From the NCBI GenBank assembly GCA_963737265.1, contig CAVTRY010000007.1:192001-256000 (forward strand): a stretch of 64,000 bases of DNA, written 5' to 3'. A model generated the notes under the pieces. The model had not been told where the DNA came from. It saw nothing but the letters and a program-made list of their open reading frames with translations, and searched no databases. This stretch comes from an uncultured delta proteobacterium. GTDB taxonomy: Bacteria; Myxococcota_A; Polyangia; Fen-1088. Positions 20,051 to 30,445 of the stretch are shown here, piece by piece. Each line of letters begins with the position of its first letter. The first letter of the stretch is position 1. The position numbers were made by a program, and so were the translations under genes.

Positions 20051-21130
20051 TCAGCTCCTTTGGCGATAGAAGGCGGCGATTTGTTCGACCACATAGGCCT
20101 GCTGGGTGGAGGTTAGCTCGGCGTAGATGGGCAGAGCCAACACTTCCTGCGTGGCACGCTCGGCATGGGGAAAAGCACCCTGTCTGTACCCGAGTTCGAC
20201 GAAACAAGGTTGCAAGTGCAGCGCGAGAGGATAGTAAACCTCGGTTCCCACGCCGTTCTTGGTCAAGAACTCGCGCAAGCCATCGCGCAGCGGAGCGCGA
20301 ATGACGAACTGGTTGTAGATGTGGCCCGGGACGTCCGCGGGCAGGATCAGGTCGGACGGAATGCCGGCGGTCGCCGCGAATAGCCGCCGGTAGCGCTCGG
20401 CATTCGCGCGGCGGCTCGCGGTCCAATCGGGAAGTCTCGCCAGCTTCACGCGCAGGATGGCGGCCTGCAGGGCGTCTAGCCGAAAGTTGCCGCCGACCTT
20501 GTAATGGATGTATTTGGGCCGACTGCCGTGCGCCCGCAGGATCGCGACTTGGTTGGCGAAGCTCTCGTCGTCGGTCAGCAGCGCGCCGCCGTCGCCCAAT
20601 GCGCCCAGGTTCTTCGACGGGAAGAACGACAGGCAACTGGCAAGGCCCGCCACTTTGCAAGCGCCAATCGCTTGCGCTGCGTCTTCGACTGCGGGGACGG
20701 CCAAGTCGGGCACGGTAGCCGGACGGCCGAAGAGATGGACGGGGATGATCGCTCGGGATTTCGCCCCGCACGCGGCCGCTGCGGCCCGCGGATCGAGATT
20801 GAAGGATTCGGGGTCGATATCGGCGAACGCCGGCCGCGCACCCAAGCGCGCGATGCAACCGACGGTGGCATAAAAAGAAAAGGGTGTTGTCACCACCTCG
20901 TCGCCGATACCAACCCCAAGCGCCATGAGCGCGACCAGCAGGGCATCGCTTCCGGACGACACCCCGACCGCACGCCGGACCCCGAGCGCGAACGCGAGTT
21001 CTCGTTCGAAGGCCTCGACCTCGGGTCCGAGGATAAACGCGCCGCCATCCACCACGCGAGCGATGGCAGCCAGGATCGCCTCGCGCAGCGGTGCGTTCTG
21101 CGCCTTGACGTCGAGCAGGGGTACCTTCAT
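20051..21130 (-). CDS. DegT/DnrJ/EryC1/StrS sugar aminotransferase (WbpE-like)
   Basis: FILGPEVEAFE, SSGSDAL, EDAAQAIGA, SFFPSKNLGALGDGG, GGNFRLDALQAA. Confidence 0.92.
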   Translation of the reverse strand: MKVPLLDVKAQNAPLREAILAAIARVVDGGAFILGPEVEAFERELAFALGVRRAVGVSSGSDALLVALMALGVGIGDEVVTTPFSFYATVGCIARLGARPAFADIDPESFNLDPRAAAAACGAKSRAIIPVHLFGRPATVPDLAVPAVEDAAQAIGACKVAGLASCLSFFPSKNLGALGDGGALLTDDESFANQVAILRAHGSRPKYIHYKVGGNFRLDALQAAILRVKLARLPDWTASRRANAERYRRLFAATAGIPSDLILPADVPGHIYNQFVIRAPLRDGLREFLTKNGVGTEVYYPLALHLQPCFVELGYRQGAFPHAERATQEVLALPIYAELTSTQQAYVVEQIAAFYRQRS

Positions 21131-21134
21131 CGCT

Positions 21135-21764
21135 TCATCGTGCCCCCGGCGTTAACGTCTTGTCGCCCACCGAGGAGAGAGTCTCACGGTACTTCTGGCC
21201 GCAGGATGCACAAGCCAGGACGGCTTCTGCGGTGTCTGCCAGGCGCATTCCGCAACGGCACATCCACCCCACCACGCGGCCTGGTACGCCGACCACGAGA
21301 GCGTAGGCTGGAACGTCCCTGGTCACGACTGCTCCCGCGCCGATGAAGGCATAGTCGCCGATGCAGTGGCCACACACCACGGTGGCATTAGCACCGATGG
21401 ACGCACCTCGCCCGACGCGGGTGGCTCGGTATTCGGCCTTGCGTTCGATGAAGGCGCGCGGATTGACGACGTTGGTGAAGACCACCGAGGGTGCGACGAA
21501 TACGTCGTCCTCGAGCACAACATCATCGTAGAGCGACACGTTGTTCTGGATCTTGCAGCCGTCACCCACCACGGCGCGCCCAGCCACGAAGACATTCTGG
21601 CCCAGCACACAGCGTGCGCCAATGCGCGCCCCGGCCATCACATGGCAGAAATGCCAGACGCGCGTGCCGTCGCCGATGTGGGCCGGCTGGTCAACGACGG
21701 CTGTCTCGTGAGCCCAATAGCCGGTGCGGCTGCGGACGTTGGATGGCGACCTTGGCTCGGCCAT
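21135..21764 (-). CDS. Hexapeptide-repeat sugar N-acetyltransferase (WbpD/WlbB-like)
   Basis: IGDGTRVWHFCHV, LGQNVFV, KIQNNVSLY, VFTNVVNPRA, GWMCRCG. Confidence 0.9.
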   Translation of the reverse strand: MAEPRSPSNVRSRTGYWAHETAVVDQPAHIGDGTRVWHFCHVMAGARIGARCVLGQNVFVAGRAVVGDGCKIQNNVSLYDDVVLEDDVFVAPSVVFTNVVNPRAFIERKAEYRATRVGRGASIGANATVVCGHCIGDYAFIGAGAVVTRDVPAYALVVGVPGRVVGWMCRCGMRLADTAEAVLACASCGQKYRETLSSVGDKTLTPGAR

Positions 21765-21829
21765 GGATTGCCATAGTACACCAGCAAGAGGCGCGCTCGC
21801 ACCGAACGGCGGTTAAGCCTCGGGCTGAG

Positions 21830-23146
21830 CTAATAGACGACGCCGACGCGGAAAAGCAGGACGTGCTTGGCGTAGTCGATGCCGGCCGTTGCGTCGGCCG
21901 GGTTTGTGTCGGAGGATCGATTGAGGCTCAGCGTGTAGCTGGCCCCGGCGAGGAAGAAGTTGCCAATCATGTAGTCGATGGACACGCCGGCGATGATGTT
22001 GTTGTCGGTTCTGGAATTTGTCAGGTCGCTTCTAGGGGAGTTTGTCAGGCCGCTGCCAACAAAGCGACGGTTCTCGTAGCGGCCGTAGGCATAGGTCACG
22101 AACCGGCCGGCGATCATCTGGCGGTAGGCACCGTAGACCGCGTCCATGTTGTAGTACTGGCCCACGAACGGCGAGTTGGCGAAATCGTGGTGATAGCCAA
22201 TCCCCGCTTGGGAAAGGATCGACATGTTGTAGTTCAGCTCGGTGACGACTCCGACGCCGCTTGGACTTGCGCCGGATGAATAGAATGCGTTGCTATAGCC
22301 GGCCGCGATGTTCACTGCCAGCTTCCCGGTTAAAAGACCGCGCAGACCGAGAAGAGTCCTCAAGGGAAAAGATGAAGTGCCGGTTCCACCGTTGATATAG
22401 GTGACCGCGCCCTGCGCGACCTGAACGTAGATCGAGGTCTTGGGCAACCAACGCCAGCCTATGTCCAGCACGCCTTCGTTCCCCATATTGCTGCCCCTGG
22501 CGTAGGTGCTGCCTTCGTAGTTGTCGATGAGGTTCGAGTAGCGAAGCATGACTCGGAGCCGCCCGCCCCCGGGAGCGAACCTAAGGCTGGCCGACGCCAT
22601 GTTGTCGTCGCGGATGATGGGCGAGCCGCTGGTGTAGGGTGCCTGCTCGTAGCGGCTGAAGGCATCCGAGAGCGATAGGCTCAGCGCCTGCCCCGACGAA
22701 AACTCGACGGTACCGCCGGCGCTGGGGTTGAGCGCGTTCTGTGCTTGGATATCGGGAGCGCTGGTAAGGTACTCGCGCCAGTCGACCGATGCGTTGAGGT
22801 TGTAGTACGTTCCGGACGGGATGCTTCCGTCGCGCTCGGCGTTGGTAAGCTCAAGCCGAGGAGTTACGTGCAGGACCGGAGCTGCCCGTGGGTCGGTGCT
22901 GTAGAACACGTTGCTGTCGTAGCCTATGTCAGCGAACACGCCCGCGTGCAAGATGACGTCTTCGCCAAGCTTGAGCCCGGAGGCCAGCCCCCTCGTCGTC
23001 AAAGAGCGACCGGCGCCCGCTGCCATCGACTCCAAGGCCGGGCCGGTGGAGCTGGTCATCTGCATCTGCGCCCACGCCAGCGGACTTGCCAAGATGGCAA
23101 AGGAGATGGCAAAGGTAAAGGCAAGTACAAGTGGCCGTGGTCGCAT
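21830..23146 (-). CDS. Outer-membrane beta-barrel (EpsX/Wzp polysaccharide-porin-like)
   Basis: Signal peptide, GYDSNVFY motif, WRWLPKT, Tyr/Gly-rich strands, C-terminal aromatic residue (RVGVVY). Confidence 0.65.
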   Translation of the reverse strand: MRPRPLVLAFTFAISFAILASPLAWAQMQMTSSTGPALESMAAGAGRSLTTRGLASGLKLGEDVILHAGVFADIGYDSNVFYSTDPRAAPVLHVTPRLELTNAERDGSIPSGTYYNLNASVDWREYLTSAPDIQAQNALNPSAGGTVEFSSGQALSLSLSDAFSRYEQAPYTSGSPIIRDDNMASASLRFAPGGGRLRVMLRYSNLIDNYEGSTYARGSNMGNEGVLDIGWRWLPKTSIYVQVAQGAVTYINGGTGTSSFPLRTLLGLRGLLTGKLAVNIAAGYSNAFYSSGASPSGVGVVTELNYNMSILSQAGIGYHHDFANSPFVGQYYNMDAVYGAYRQMIAGRFVTYAYGRYENRRFVGSGLTNSPRSDLTNSRTDNNIIAGVSIDYMIGNFFLAGASYTLSLNRSSDTNPADATAGIDYAKHVLLFRVGVVY

Positions 23147-23215
23147 GGATTCTCGTCTTAAGTATAGCGGGCGCCGCGCATGTCCGTGTCAGTCAAGTTC
23201 GTTCAGGCGTTCGGG

Positions 23216-23800
23216 TTAGGGGAGACCTGACGGACTCGAGGGTGGTGGTCGATCGACGATGGCGACCGGCGGTTCGGCTGGCGGGGGCTGATCCACAGTT
23301 TCCTGCAGGCCGGGAGGCGCTTCGACAACGACCTTCGTGGGCCCGACGTAGTTGGTTTCCGCCCCGACGCAGCCGTCGGCTTCGGCTCTAAGTACTTGCG
23401 CCTTCTGGTTTATGATCGTGACACGTGTGTACTCATGTAACTCGGCGCTTTCGTCGCGACGAGCGATGCATTCCTGCAGGCCTTGTAGCGCTTGATCCAT
23501 CATGTTGCCGTTGACCTTCACCTGGGTCAGCTTGTCGAGCAGGCAGTTCAGACGGATGACGTCTTGGTCCTTTTTGGCGGCCTCGACCTGGGTCTGCACC
23601 TGGAGCGTGATGGTCTCGATTTGTTTGCGGTACTCACGTCCCTGGCCAAGCATTGCATCCGGGCTGATGGTCGACTTTTGGGGAATTGACAGATCTACAG
23701 CGGCGGGTGCGTTGTCCGACACATCCCCGCTCGCAGGCGCGGCCAGCGCAACCGGCGCCGCCAGAAGGATTAGCCACGTGACTCTGAACACCCTAAGCAT
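23216..23800 (-). CDS. Secreted helical hypothetical protein with paired cysteines
   Basis: GAGG SD before ATG 23800; signal peptide; DVIRLNCLLDKL, EADGCVG; Pro-rich tail. Confidence 0.7.
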   Translation of the reverse strand: MLRVFRVTWLILLAAPVALAAPASGDVSDNAPAAVDLSIPQKSTISPDAMLGQGREYRKQIETITLQVQTQVEAAKKDQDVIRLNCLLDKLTQVKVNGNMMDQALQGLQECIARRDESAELHEYTRVTIINQKAQVLRAEADGCVGAETNYVGPTKVVVEAPPGLQETVDQPPPAEPPVAIVDRPPPSSPSGLP

Positions 23801-23877
23801 GTTGGACCTCACGGACATTGGAAACACGCACCGATCATGACGCGTCGGCTCGCAGGATTGTGATGTGGAACAGAGGA

Positions 23878-23907
23878 AATATATGGCCCGGCTAAACGAT
23901 GTGTCAA
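23878..23907 (-). promoter_or_regulatory. Putative sigma70 promoter
   Basis: TTGACA-18 nt-TATATT on the minus strand in an AT-rich patch. Confidence 0.45.
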
Positions 23908-23921
23908 CCTCGCGGGCGAAA

Positions 23922-25322
23922 TCATTGGGATGCCTGAAAGACAAATGGGTAGACGACCTCGACAGAGCCACCCGACGGTGCCGGGAAGCGCCAACGCAAA
24001 ACGAGACTCTTGATGCATGAAGACACCTCAGAATCCCCCATGCTGTCTTCTTCGATATCGACGCTTGAAACCGTGCCAGCGGCGGTGATCGTCCAACGCA
24101 CCTTGACCTTGCCGCTTAGATTGGGATTGCGCTTGAGCGCGCGCTCGTAACAGGCCTTGATGGCGCCGATGCGCGCGCGTACCTCTTTGGAAACAAGCGA
24201 CGGATCGAGCTCGCCGTCCACCGCCGGGGCCTCGCTCTTGACGATGCCGCTGACGCGTTTTTCCGTCGAGCCAGCGCCGGTATCGCCGCCCGCAATCGAG
24301 CCCGCGCCGCGCAGCCCCGAGATATTCGCCACCTTGCCCGTTCCGCCGGTACCCGTCTTCACGCCACGCAACGACGCATCGCTGGTGGCCACGGTAAGGC
24401 CGCCAACTCCCTGGAAGGCCTTTTCCTGGTCCCGGTCCACGTCGCCTTTTCCAAGTACGTCCGCGATAGAACCTGACCCATCGGCTTTTGCCCCGAGCAG
24501 CTTGAGGATTCCAGTGTTGCGCACCTGTTCGGCGAGACGCGCGCGACGCTCGGCATCGAGCCGAGCTTTTTCCTCGGCGGAGATCTCCTTCTTGGGCGCC
24601 TTGTTTGCCGCCGTCGCCGCGGACTTCTTCTCTATCTTCGCCTCGTCTTCTTTCTTATCGTCATCTTTGGTCGCCGTTTCCTTGGGCGGTTCGGGCGGCT
24701 TGGCCTTGATCACCATTTGCACGAAGCGATCGGGGATCTCCTCGATGTCCGGCTTGCGTGGCCAGTCCACGCTGCGCAGGTAGATGACAAACACGAGATG
24801 CGCCAAGAACGAGACCGACGCGATGCTCGTGTATACCCAGTCCATGCCGGTGAAGAGCGAACCGCGCACCGAGGCCGGGAGTTGGGGCCGGGGTTGCGGC
24901 GGTGGCGGGGTAACGAATTGGAACAAGATAGTCAGGTCGCCGATTGTGACCTTGCCGCGCGATCGCTCGTCGAGCACGTAGAGAGAGCTCGACCCTTGTT
25001 TGCGCAGACGCCCCGCCTGCTTGAGTTGAGCTAGCGAGATGACCTCGTTGCCGACCGCGATGCGGGCATCCATGCCATCGGCGAAACGGGCGATGTAGCC
25101 GCGGGCATTCACCTCGAACAGCAACCATTGCTTGGGCAGCGACTCCGAGGGAACGGCGAAGGTCGCTTTGGCGGACCATCCAATCGAGATGTTCTCACGC
25201 TTCCTGATGAGACGTTCTTCGACGATCCGGCCGCCTTGGACGATCCCAATGCGGAGGATGCGGGACCTCGGGGCAGCAGTGCCGCCTGTCCTCGATGCCG
25301 TGGCCCCTTTCTGCGTTGCCAT
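23922..25322 (-). CDS. GltG/PglI-like protein (cytoplasmic N-domain, TM, TonB-C-like AgmX/PglI C-terminus)
   Basis: LRIGIVQGGRIVEER, SRGKVTIGDLTILFQFV, TM helix, IKACYERALKRNPNLSGKV...WRFPAPSGGSVEVVYPFVF. Confidence 0.85.
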   Translation of the reverse strand: MATQKGATASRTGGTAAPRSRILRIGIVQGGRIVEERLIRKRENISIGWSAKATFAVPSESLPKQWLLFEVNARGYIARFADGMDARIAVGNEVISLAQLKQAGRLRKQGSSSLYVLDERSRGKVTIGDLTILFQFVTPPPPQPRPQLPASVRGSLFTGMDWVYTSIASVSFLAHLVFVIYLRSVDWPRKPDIEEIPDRFVQMVIKAKPPEPPKETATKDDDKKEDEAKIEKKSAATAANKAPKKEISAEEKARLDAERRARLAEQVRNTGILKLLGAKADGSGSIADVLGKGDVDRDQEKAFQGVGGLTVATSDASLRGVKTGTGGTGKVANISGLRGAGSIAGGDTGAGSTEKRVSGIVKSEAPAVDGELDPSLVSKEVRARIGAIKACYERALKRNPNLSGKVKVRWTITAAGTVSSVDIEEDSMGDSEVSSCIKSLVLRWRFPAPSGGSVEVVYPFVFQASQ

Positions 25323-25350
25323 TGAATCGTTCCCTCGTTGGTTAGTCCGC

Positions 25351-25740
25351 CTAGAACGGCGCTTTCGTCACACTGTCCAGGATCTTGGGCACAAACTCTT
25401 GTTTGAGCTCGTGCCAGTCGTAGTTAATGCCGGATTTCTGGAGCACGTAGAATGCTTCGGGTTTCTGGATTTTCCCCTCGATGACGATCTCACCCTCGAT
25501 CTTGTAAATCTTCTTGCCACCCGCGCCGCGCTCCACCTTCACCTTGGTTGCCTGACTGTCGGCGTCACCCGGAGCCGCCGCGGCGGCCGATTCCGGCTTC
25601 ACCGGCTCGGCCTTGACCGGAATCTCCGCCGACGGATTCTTCTGGGGCTGGGCCAAGGCGGCAGAAATAAGGCCGACCAACGCCACGCAGCCGAGCAGAG
25701 CGGGAACCAGCCGAAGCTTGAGAAAGAAATGCGTACTCAT
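25351..25740 (-). CDS. GltF-like small periplasmic protein
   Basis: Signal peptide; VIEGKIQKPEAFYVL motif; position between GltE-like and GltG-like genes. Confidence 0.7.
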   Translation of the reverse strand: MSTHFFLKLRLVPALLGCVALVGLISAALAQPQKNPSAEIPVKAEPVKPESAAAAAPGDADSQATKVKVERGAGGKKIYKIEGEIVIEGKIQKPEAFYVLQKSGINYDWHELKQEFVPKILDSVTKAPF

Positions 25741-26828
25741 GGGCTTCTCGGGCCGCTTGGTTGCGTGGACGGGCGAGGAGGGGGTGCTGCGGGCCAGCCC
25801 GGAGGCGCAGCCGCGGGAGAACCAGCGGCAGGCTCCGGCGCCGAAACGGGTCCTGGCGCCGCGGGCGTACCTGAGGCAGGGGCACCCGGCGCGGGCGGTT
25901 TCTTGGCGTCATCCGCAACCTTCTTGGCCGCGCGTTGGCGATCCCGCTCTTCTTGCTTCTTCTGGCGCTCGATGCGCTTCTGTTCCTTCTTGATGCCTTC
26001 CTGCGCCTCGTTTAGGTAGACGTCTACCTCCGGCGGCACCATCTGACCCACACCCGTCAGCATCTGTTTGTACTGCTGCAAATAGGACATAGCGGCATTG
26101 AGCCTGGCCGTGGTGTCCATGTCGGGCATCTTTTCGGCGTCGAGATGGAGGATGCCGAGGTTGAACACCGCGTCCGCGTAGCGCGGGAAGAGCGCCAGGG
26201 CTTGCTTGTATTCCGACAATGCCCTCTCGTATTGCTTGACCCCGCGGTACGCGCTGCCGAGATTCATGTGCGCCTTGGTGAAGGTCGGCTGAAGCTGGAC
26301 CGCCTTCTCCAGCACCGGCACGGCTTCGCGGTAGTTTTTAACCACCAAGTATTGCGCGCCCAGGTTGTTCCACATGATGGCGTTGTCGGGCCGGGCTTCA
26401 GCCGTCTTTTTGAAAAGCTCGATGGCGCCGGGCGTGTTGTTCTTCTCGACCTCCATGAAAGCGAGCATCTGATAAATCTCGGAACGTTCCGCTTCGCGCG
26501 CGCCGGCGTTCTTCATCATGTCGCCCAGGGTCTTCACCCACTCGTACTTGCCGAGCTTGAAATAGGCCTTGGCCATCACCAGCATGGCGGGCGTAAAGCG
26601 CTCGTTCTTGTTGAGCGCGGCCTTGGCCTGGACCACGGCGCCCTGATAGTTGCGGGCGTCGTACATTTTCTGCGCGGCCATGACCTCGTCGGTGGGAAGC
26701 ACGGCAGGCGGCGGCTCGCGGCGCTTGCGCACCCCAGCAGGGGCTGGCGCCTCGGTCGCGACACCCGTCGCGGGCCAGCCAATGCCTCCGACGAGAAACA
26801 GAGCGAGAAGCGTGTGCCGTCTCATCAT
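25737..26828 (-). CDS. TPR protein, GltE-like
   Basis: Signal peptide; TPRs (MWNNLGAQY, AHMNLGSAYRG, AVFNLGILH); Pro/Ala tail. Confidence 0.75.
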   Translation of the reverse strand: MMRRHTLLALFLVGGIGWPATGVATEAPAPAGVRKRREPPPAVLPTDEVMAAQKMYDARNYQGAVVQAKAALNKNERFTPAMLVMAKAYFKLGKYEWVKTLGDMMKNAGAREAERSEIYQMLAFMEVEKNNTPGAIELFKKTAEARPDNAIMWNNLGAQYLVVKNYREAVPVLEKAVQLQPTFTKAHMNLGSAYRGVKQYERALSEYKQALALFPRYADAVFNLGILHLDAEKMPDMDTTARLNAAMSYLQQYKQMLTGVGQMVPPEVDVYLNEAQEGIKKEQKRIERQKKQEERDRQRAAKKVADDAKKPPAPGAPASGTPAAPGPVSAPEPAAGSPAAAPPGWPAAPPPRPSTQPSGPRSP

Positions 26829-29800
26829 GGGTACTCCACGCCGATGTGCTCATCCTTGATGAAGGGGAATTCGTCGGGTAGGTACTTAGACAGGTTCTCC
26901 CGCGCCTTTTTCACGTAGTCGTTGGTCACGCCGAGATCCGACGCCCGTTGCAGGGTCGCCTTCCACTGTTTCTTGGCCTCGTCTTCCACGGGCGTGACGA
27001 ATTGGTAGATGGCGTCCTTGTATTCGGTCTCGGCCACGCCACACAAATTCGGGTCGACCTTGCAGGCCTTCTTGGACAGCTTCTTGACCTCCTCGGGGGG
27101 GTTGTCGGCGGCCTTGATCAGCTTCTGTGCGAACTCATAAAAGATGTCGCCGCGCCGGAGAAACGAGGCCAGCGTCCAGTTGGCATCCTTGTAGTCCCAA
27201 ATCTTGGCGTACTCCTCTTGAAGCTGCTTGGCCTCCTCGGTGAACGTGTCGAAGACCTTGCGCACCTGCTTGGGGTCGCTGGTGAAGCGCAAACTCTTGG
27301 CCTGGAACGCCTTGAACTTGTCTTCAAGAATCAAGTAGTCCGCTTTCGCGGCGGCGGCGGCGGCGGGCGTCGCGGGCGGCAGTCTGCGCGCGATGAACTC
27401 GTCACGCACCTGCTTGTAGGCCGCCAGCACCGCACGTTTGTCCCGCCCCTGCTCGGCCAAAATGGCAAGCTGAAGGTAGGCTTTGACGACGTACTCACCC
27501 GCGGGCGGCTGCTTGCCATAGCGCTTGATGAGCTCGCGCAAGCAGGCGACCTGCTTGGCGGTGTCGAGCGCCTTTTCGTACGCCGTGCATGCGAACGCGA
27601 ATGCCTGGGCCGAGTCGGATGGCTTGTCGGCGATGTTGTCCGCGTACTTCTTGTAGAGGTCGGCGGCGCGCGGGTATTGCTGATCGTTGTCGAGAAGCTG
27701 GGCCGCGATCCCGAGCGCTTCCTTGCGGTGTTCGTACTTGGCGAACTTGGGATCGGTCGCCACCTTGAGGTAGCCGCCCACGGCTTTCTCGAACTCGAAA
27801 AAGCGGTACTGGTTGCGGGCCGCGTTCCAGACCGCATCCTTGGCCAGCAGCGAATCCGGATAGTCGCGCGCCAAGCGTTCGTAGCACCTGGTGGCCTCGC
27901 CATACTTGAAAATCTTCTCGTAGATCACGCAAGCGTTGTTCAGGTTGCTCGGCGCATCCTGATCCTTGGGATTGGCGGCGATGAGATCCATCAGGTCGAG
28001 CGCCAAGCCCTCATCGAGATCGGTCGCCGTCTTGCTGCGCGGCTGGCCCGCTCCCTTGCCGCCGCCGGCAACCTGCGCCGTGGTGGCGGTGCCGGTGACC
28101 ACGGCGATACCGCCCGCACCCTCGCGGCACTGGACCAACTGCTTGTCGGTGCCCTTCTCTTCGTTTTCGAGCGCGATATCGAGGCGCTTCTTGATGACGG
28201 TGGTCTTGACCGAAGCCTTGATGTCCTGGATGCGAGCAAGATACGGCTTGGCCAGCGGCGACTTGCTGCACGGCGAGTCGCCAAACTTCTCCACCACCTG
28301 AAGCAAGCGGCCGAGGGCGCAGTCCTTGGCCTCTTCGTTCTCGATGTTGAAGTCGATGAAATAGGTGGTCAGGATGGCGTCGTAGGCCTTGAAGCCGATT
28401 TCTGGGTTGGTGGCGCAGTAGGCATCGGAGATCTCCGCCAGGCGGGCGCGCGCCTCGGGCCACTGACGATGCTTGAGCAGGAGCACGGCCGAGGCGTAGC
28501 GCAAATCGGGCACGCGCTCGTCGGGCAGATTGGCGATGTACCAATCGAGCGCCTCCATGTACCTGGTGTATAGCTCGTGCATGGGCACGGGAAGCACCGG
28601 CGGCTTGGTGTTCGTTTCATCCGGGATGGGCGGATCCTCGATACGCCGTTCTCGCTTGAGCTTGTCGATGAGCTCTTCGTAGGCCTTGATGACCTGCAAA
28701 GCGGCATCCTTTTGGTACTGGTTGTCGATGTTGGAGTCGCGCACGGCGATGTAGGCGGGGATGGATTCCTGCACCTTGCCGCCGTAGTAGAGCGCATCGG
28801 CGAAAAATGCCGAGAAGGCGTAGGCGCGTTTCGAGTTGGGGTAGGCGGCGAGATATTTTTCGTAGAGCTCGGCCGCCGTTCGGTAGGTCTGCTGGCACTC
28901 GTCGAGTTTCTTGAAATCGGATGTGTTCTCCTGCCACTTCGACCGGCAGGCCTGCGCCGCCGCGTGCACGTTGGTCGCGGCCGTCAGCAAGGCGTCTTCG
29001 GCAAGCTGCGCGGCCACCGCCAGCGCTTCCTGGTTGCTCGCGTTTTGCCGGTACCACTCGCTGCCCTTGCTGTAGGTGCGGCCCAGGGTTTCGCGCTCCT
29101 TGGCCGCGGCGACGAGATTGCGATCGCGCTCGTAGGCCTTGACGATCTTCTCCTGCAACTTGGGCGCGTCCGCGAAGAACGGCCACTTCTGCAAGATGTC
29201 TTTGTAGACCGCGATGGCCTCGGCGTACTTGGTGGAGTCGAAATAGATGTCACCCAGACGCTGGAAAACTTCCTTGACGTGCGGCTCGCTCTCGCGGCCG
29301 TGATAAAAGCTCTGCGCTCGCTGCAGGCCAGTCTCCGGGTCAGGCAAGGTATCGCCGTCCCAATCGGGCTCCGAGAAGCTGATGCCAAGGTACTGCACGG
29401 CCTCGGGGCGCAGGTCGGAACCGAATTTGTCGCCCGCGGCTTTCTTGCTGTCGGCCCACTTGACCAAACCGTCGAATTCGCGAATGGCGTCGAGGAAACG
29501 GTTGTCCCGGTAGTAGGACCAGGCCAGTTTATAGATGGCCTTGTCGTAGTAGGACGAATCCTTGAACTGCAGCACGCGGCCGTAGGCCGAGATGGCGTAG
29601 GAAAGCTCGGCGGCATCGAAGTGCATTTCGCCAACACGGGTCCACGCCTCGGGCAGGAACTTGGAGTCCTTCTTAATCGGGGTGCAATCCTTGTAGTAGT
29701 CGATGACCGGGCCCTTGCCGAGGCCGGTGGCGGGCGCGCTCGGCGCCGGCGGATCGAGCGGCCTATACTGGTTGCTGCACACGAGCGCCAGCAAGGCCTG

Positions 29801-30445
29801 CCGCGCCTCGGGGTCCTGCCCCATTTCGCCGAGACAGAAGCCAAGCAAGTAGTAGGTCGCATCGAGCAGTCGGTAATTGGGGAATGCGACGAGCAGCCGC
29901 CGGTAAAGGTTGACGGTCTGGCTGTAGTCGGCCTTGGGTGCCGGCGTGGTGGGCGGACTGGCTGAATCGAGGGCCTTCTGGTAGGCCTCCTGAGCATTGA
30001 GGAAGTCATCGGAAGACTTCTCGTAATACAGCTCCGCCAGACGGAACATCACGTCCGGCGTCCATTTCTTGTCCGCCGGATACCGGCGCAAGAAGCCCTC
30101 CAGCACCGCGATGGCGTCCATACGCCGCTGCTTCTCCTCGCTCTCGTTGAAGGAGATCATCGGCTCGTACTTTTCGCGAATGCCCTTCATCTTGTCGAGG
30201 TAGGCACGTTTGATGATCCCCGAGGCCGCTTTGCGAAAACCGGTGATTTCCTCGGCGTAGCGGGTGAGATCGGCGGCCATTTCGTCGACCGCCTTGGGAT
30301 CGACCGGACCGACCTTGGCTCGCGCCGGAGCCGCCGCCGCGGGACCGGTCTTTGCCAGCAGACTCGCCAGCGCGAGCAAGCCCCCGAGGCGGCCAAGACG
30401 ACCGAGACAGGAATTCCGACGAGCGCGCCACCCGGCCACGGTCAC
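26825..30445 (-). CDS. Large TPR protein, GltD-like
   Basis: PDVMFRLAELYYE, AWTRVGEMHFD, AIYKLAWSYY, DLRPEAVQYL; many TPRs. Confidence 0.78.
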   Translation of the reverse strand: MTVAGWRARRNSCLGRLGRLGGLLALASLLAKTGPAAAAPARAKVGPVDPKAVDEMAADLTRYAEEITGFRKAASGIIKRAYLDKMKGIREKYEPMISFNESEEKQRRMDAIAVLEGFLRRYPADKKWTPDVMFRLAELYYEKSSDDFLNAQEAYQKALDSASPPTTPAPKADYSQTVNLYRRLLVAFPNYRLLDATYYLLGFCLGEMGQDPEARQALLALVCSNQYRPLDPPAPSAPATGLGKGPVIDYYKDCTPIKKDSKFLPEAWTRVGEMHFDAAELSYAISAYGRVLQFKDSSYYDKAIYKLAWSYYRDNRFLDAIREFDGLVKWADSKKAAGDKFGSDLRPEAVQYLGISFSEPDWDGDTLPDPETGLQRAQSFYHGRESEPHVKEVFQRLGDIYFDSTKYAEAIAVYKDILQKWPFFADAPKLQEKIVKAYERDRNLVAAAKERETLGRTYSKGSEWYRQNASNQEALAVAAQLAEDALLTAATNVHAAAQACRSKWQENTSDFKKLDECQQTYRTAAELYEKYLAAYPNSKRAYAFSAFFADALYYGGKVQESIPAYIAVRDSNIDNQYQKDAALQVIKAYEELIDKLKRERRIEDPPIPDETNTKPPVLPVPMHELYTRYMEALDWYIANLPDERVPDLRYASAVLLLKHRQWPEARARLAEISDAYCATNPEIGFKAYDAILTTYFIDFNIENEEAKDCALGRLLQVVEKFGDSPCSKSPLAKPYLARIQDIKASVKTTVIKKRLDIALENEEKGTDKQLVQCREGAGGIAVVTGTATTAQVAGGGKGAGQPRSKTATDLDEGLALDLMDLIAANPKDQDAPSNLNNACVIYEKIFKYGEATRCYERLARDYPDSLLAKDAVWNAARNQYRFFEFEKAVGGYLKVATDPKFAKYEHRKEALGIAAQLLDNDQQYPRAADLYKKYADNIADKPSDSAQAFAFACTAYEKALDTAKQVACLRELIKRYGKQPPAGEYVVKAYLQLAILAEQGRDKRAVLAAYKQVRDEFIARRLPPATPAAAAAAKADYLILEDKFKAFQAKSLRFTSDPKQVRKVFDTFTEEAKQLQEEYAKIWDYKDANWTLASFLRRGDIFYEFAQKLIKAADNPPEEVKKLSKKACKVDPNLCGVAETEYKDAIYQFVTPVEDEAKKQWKATLQRASDLGVTNDYVKKARENLSKYLPDEFPFIKDEHIGVEYP

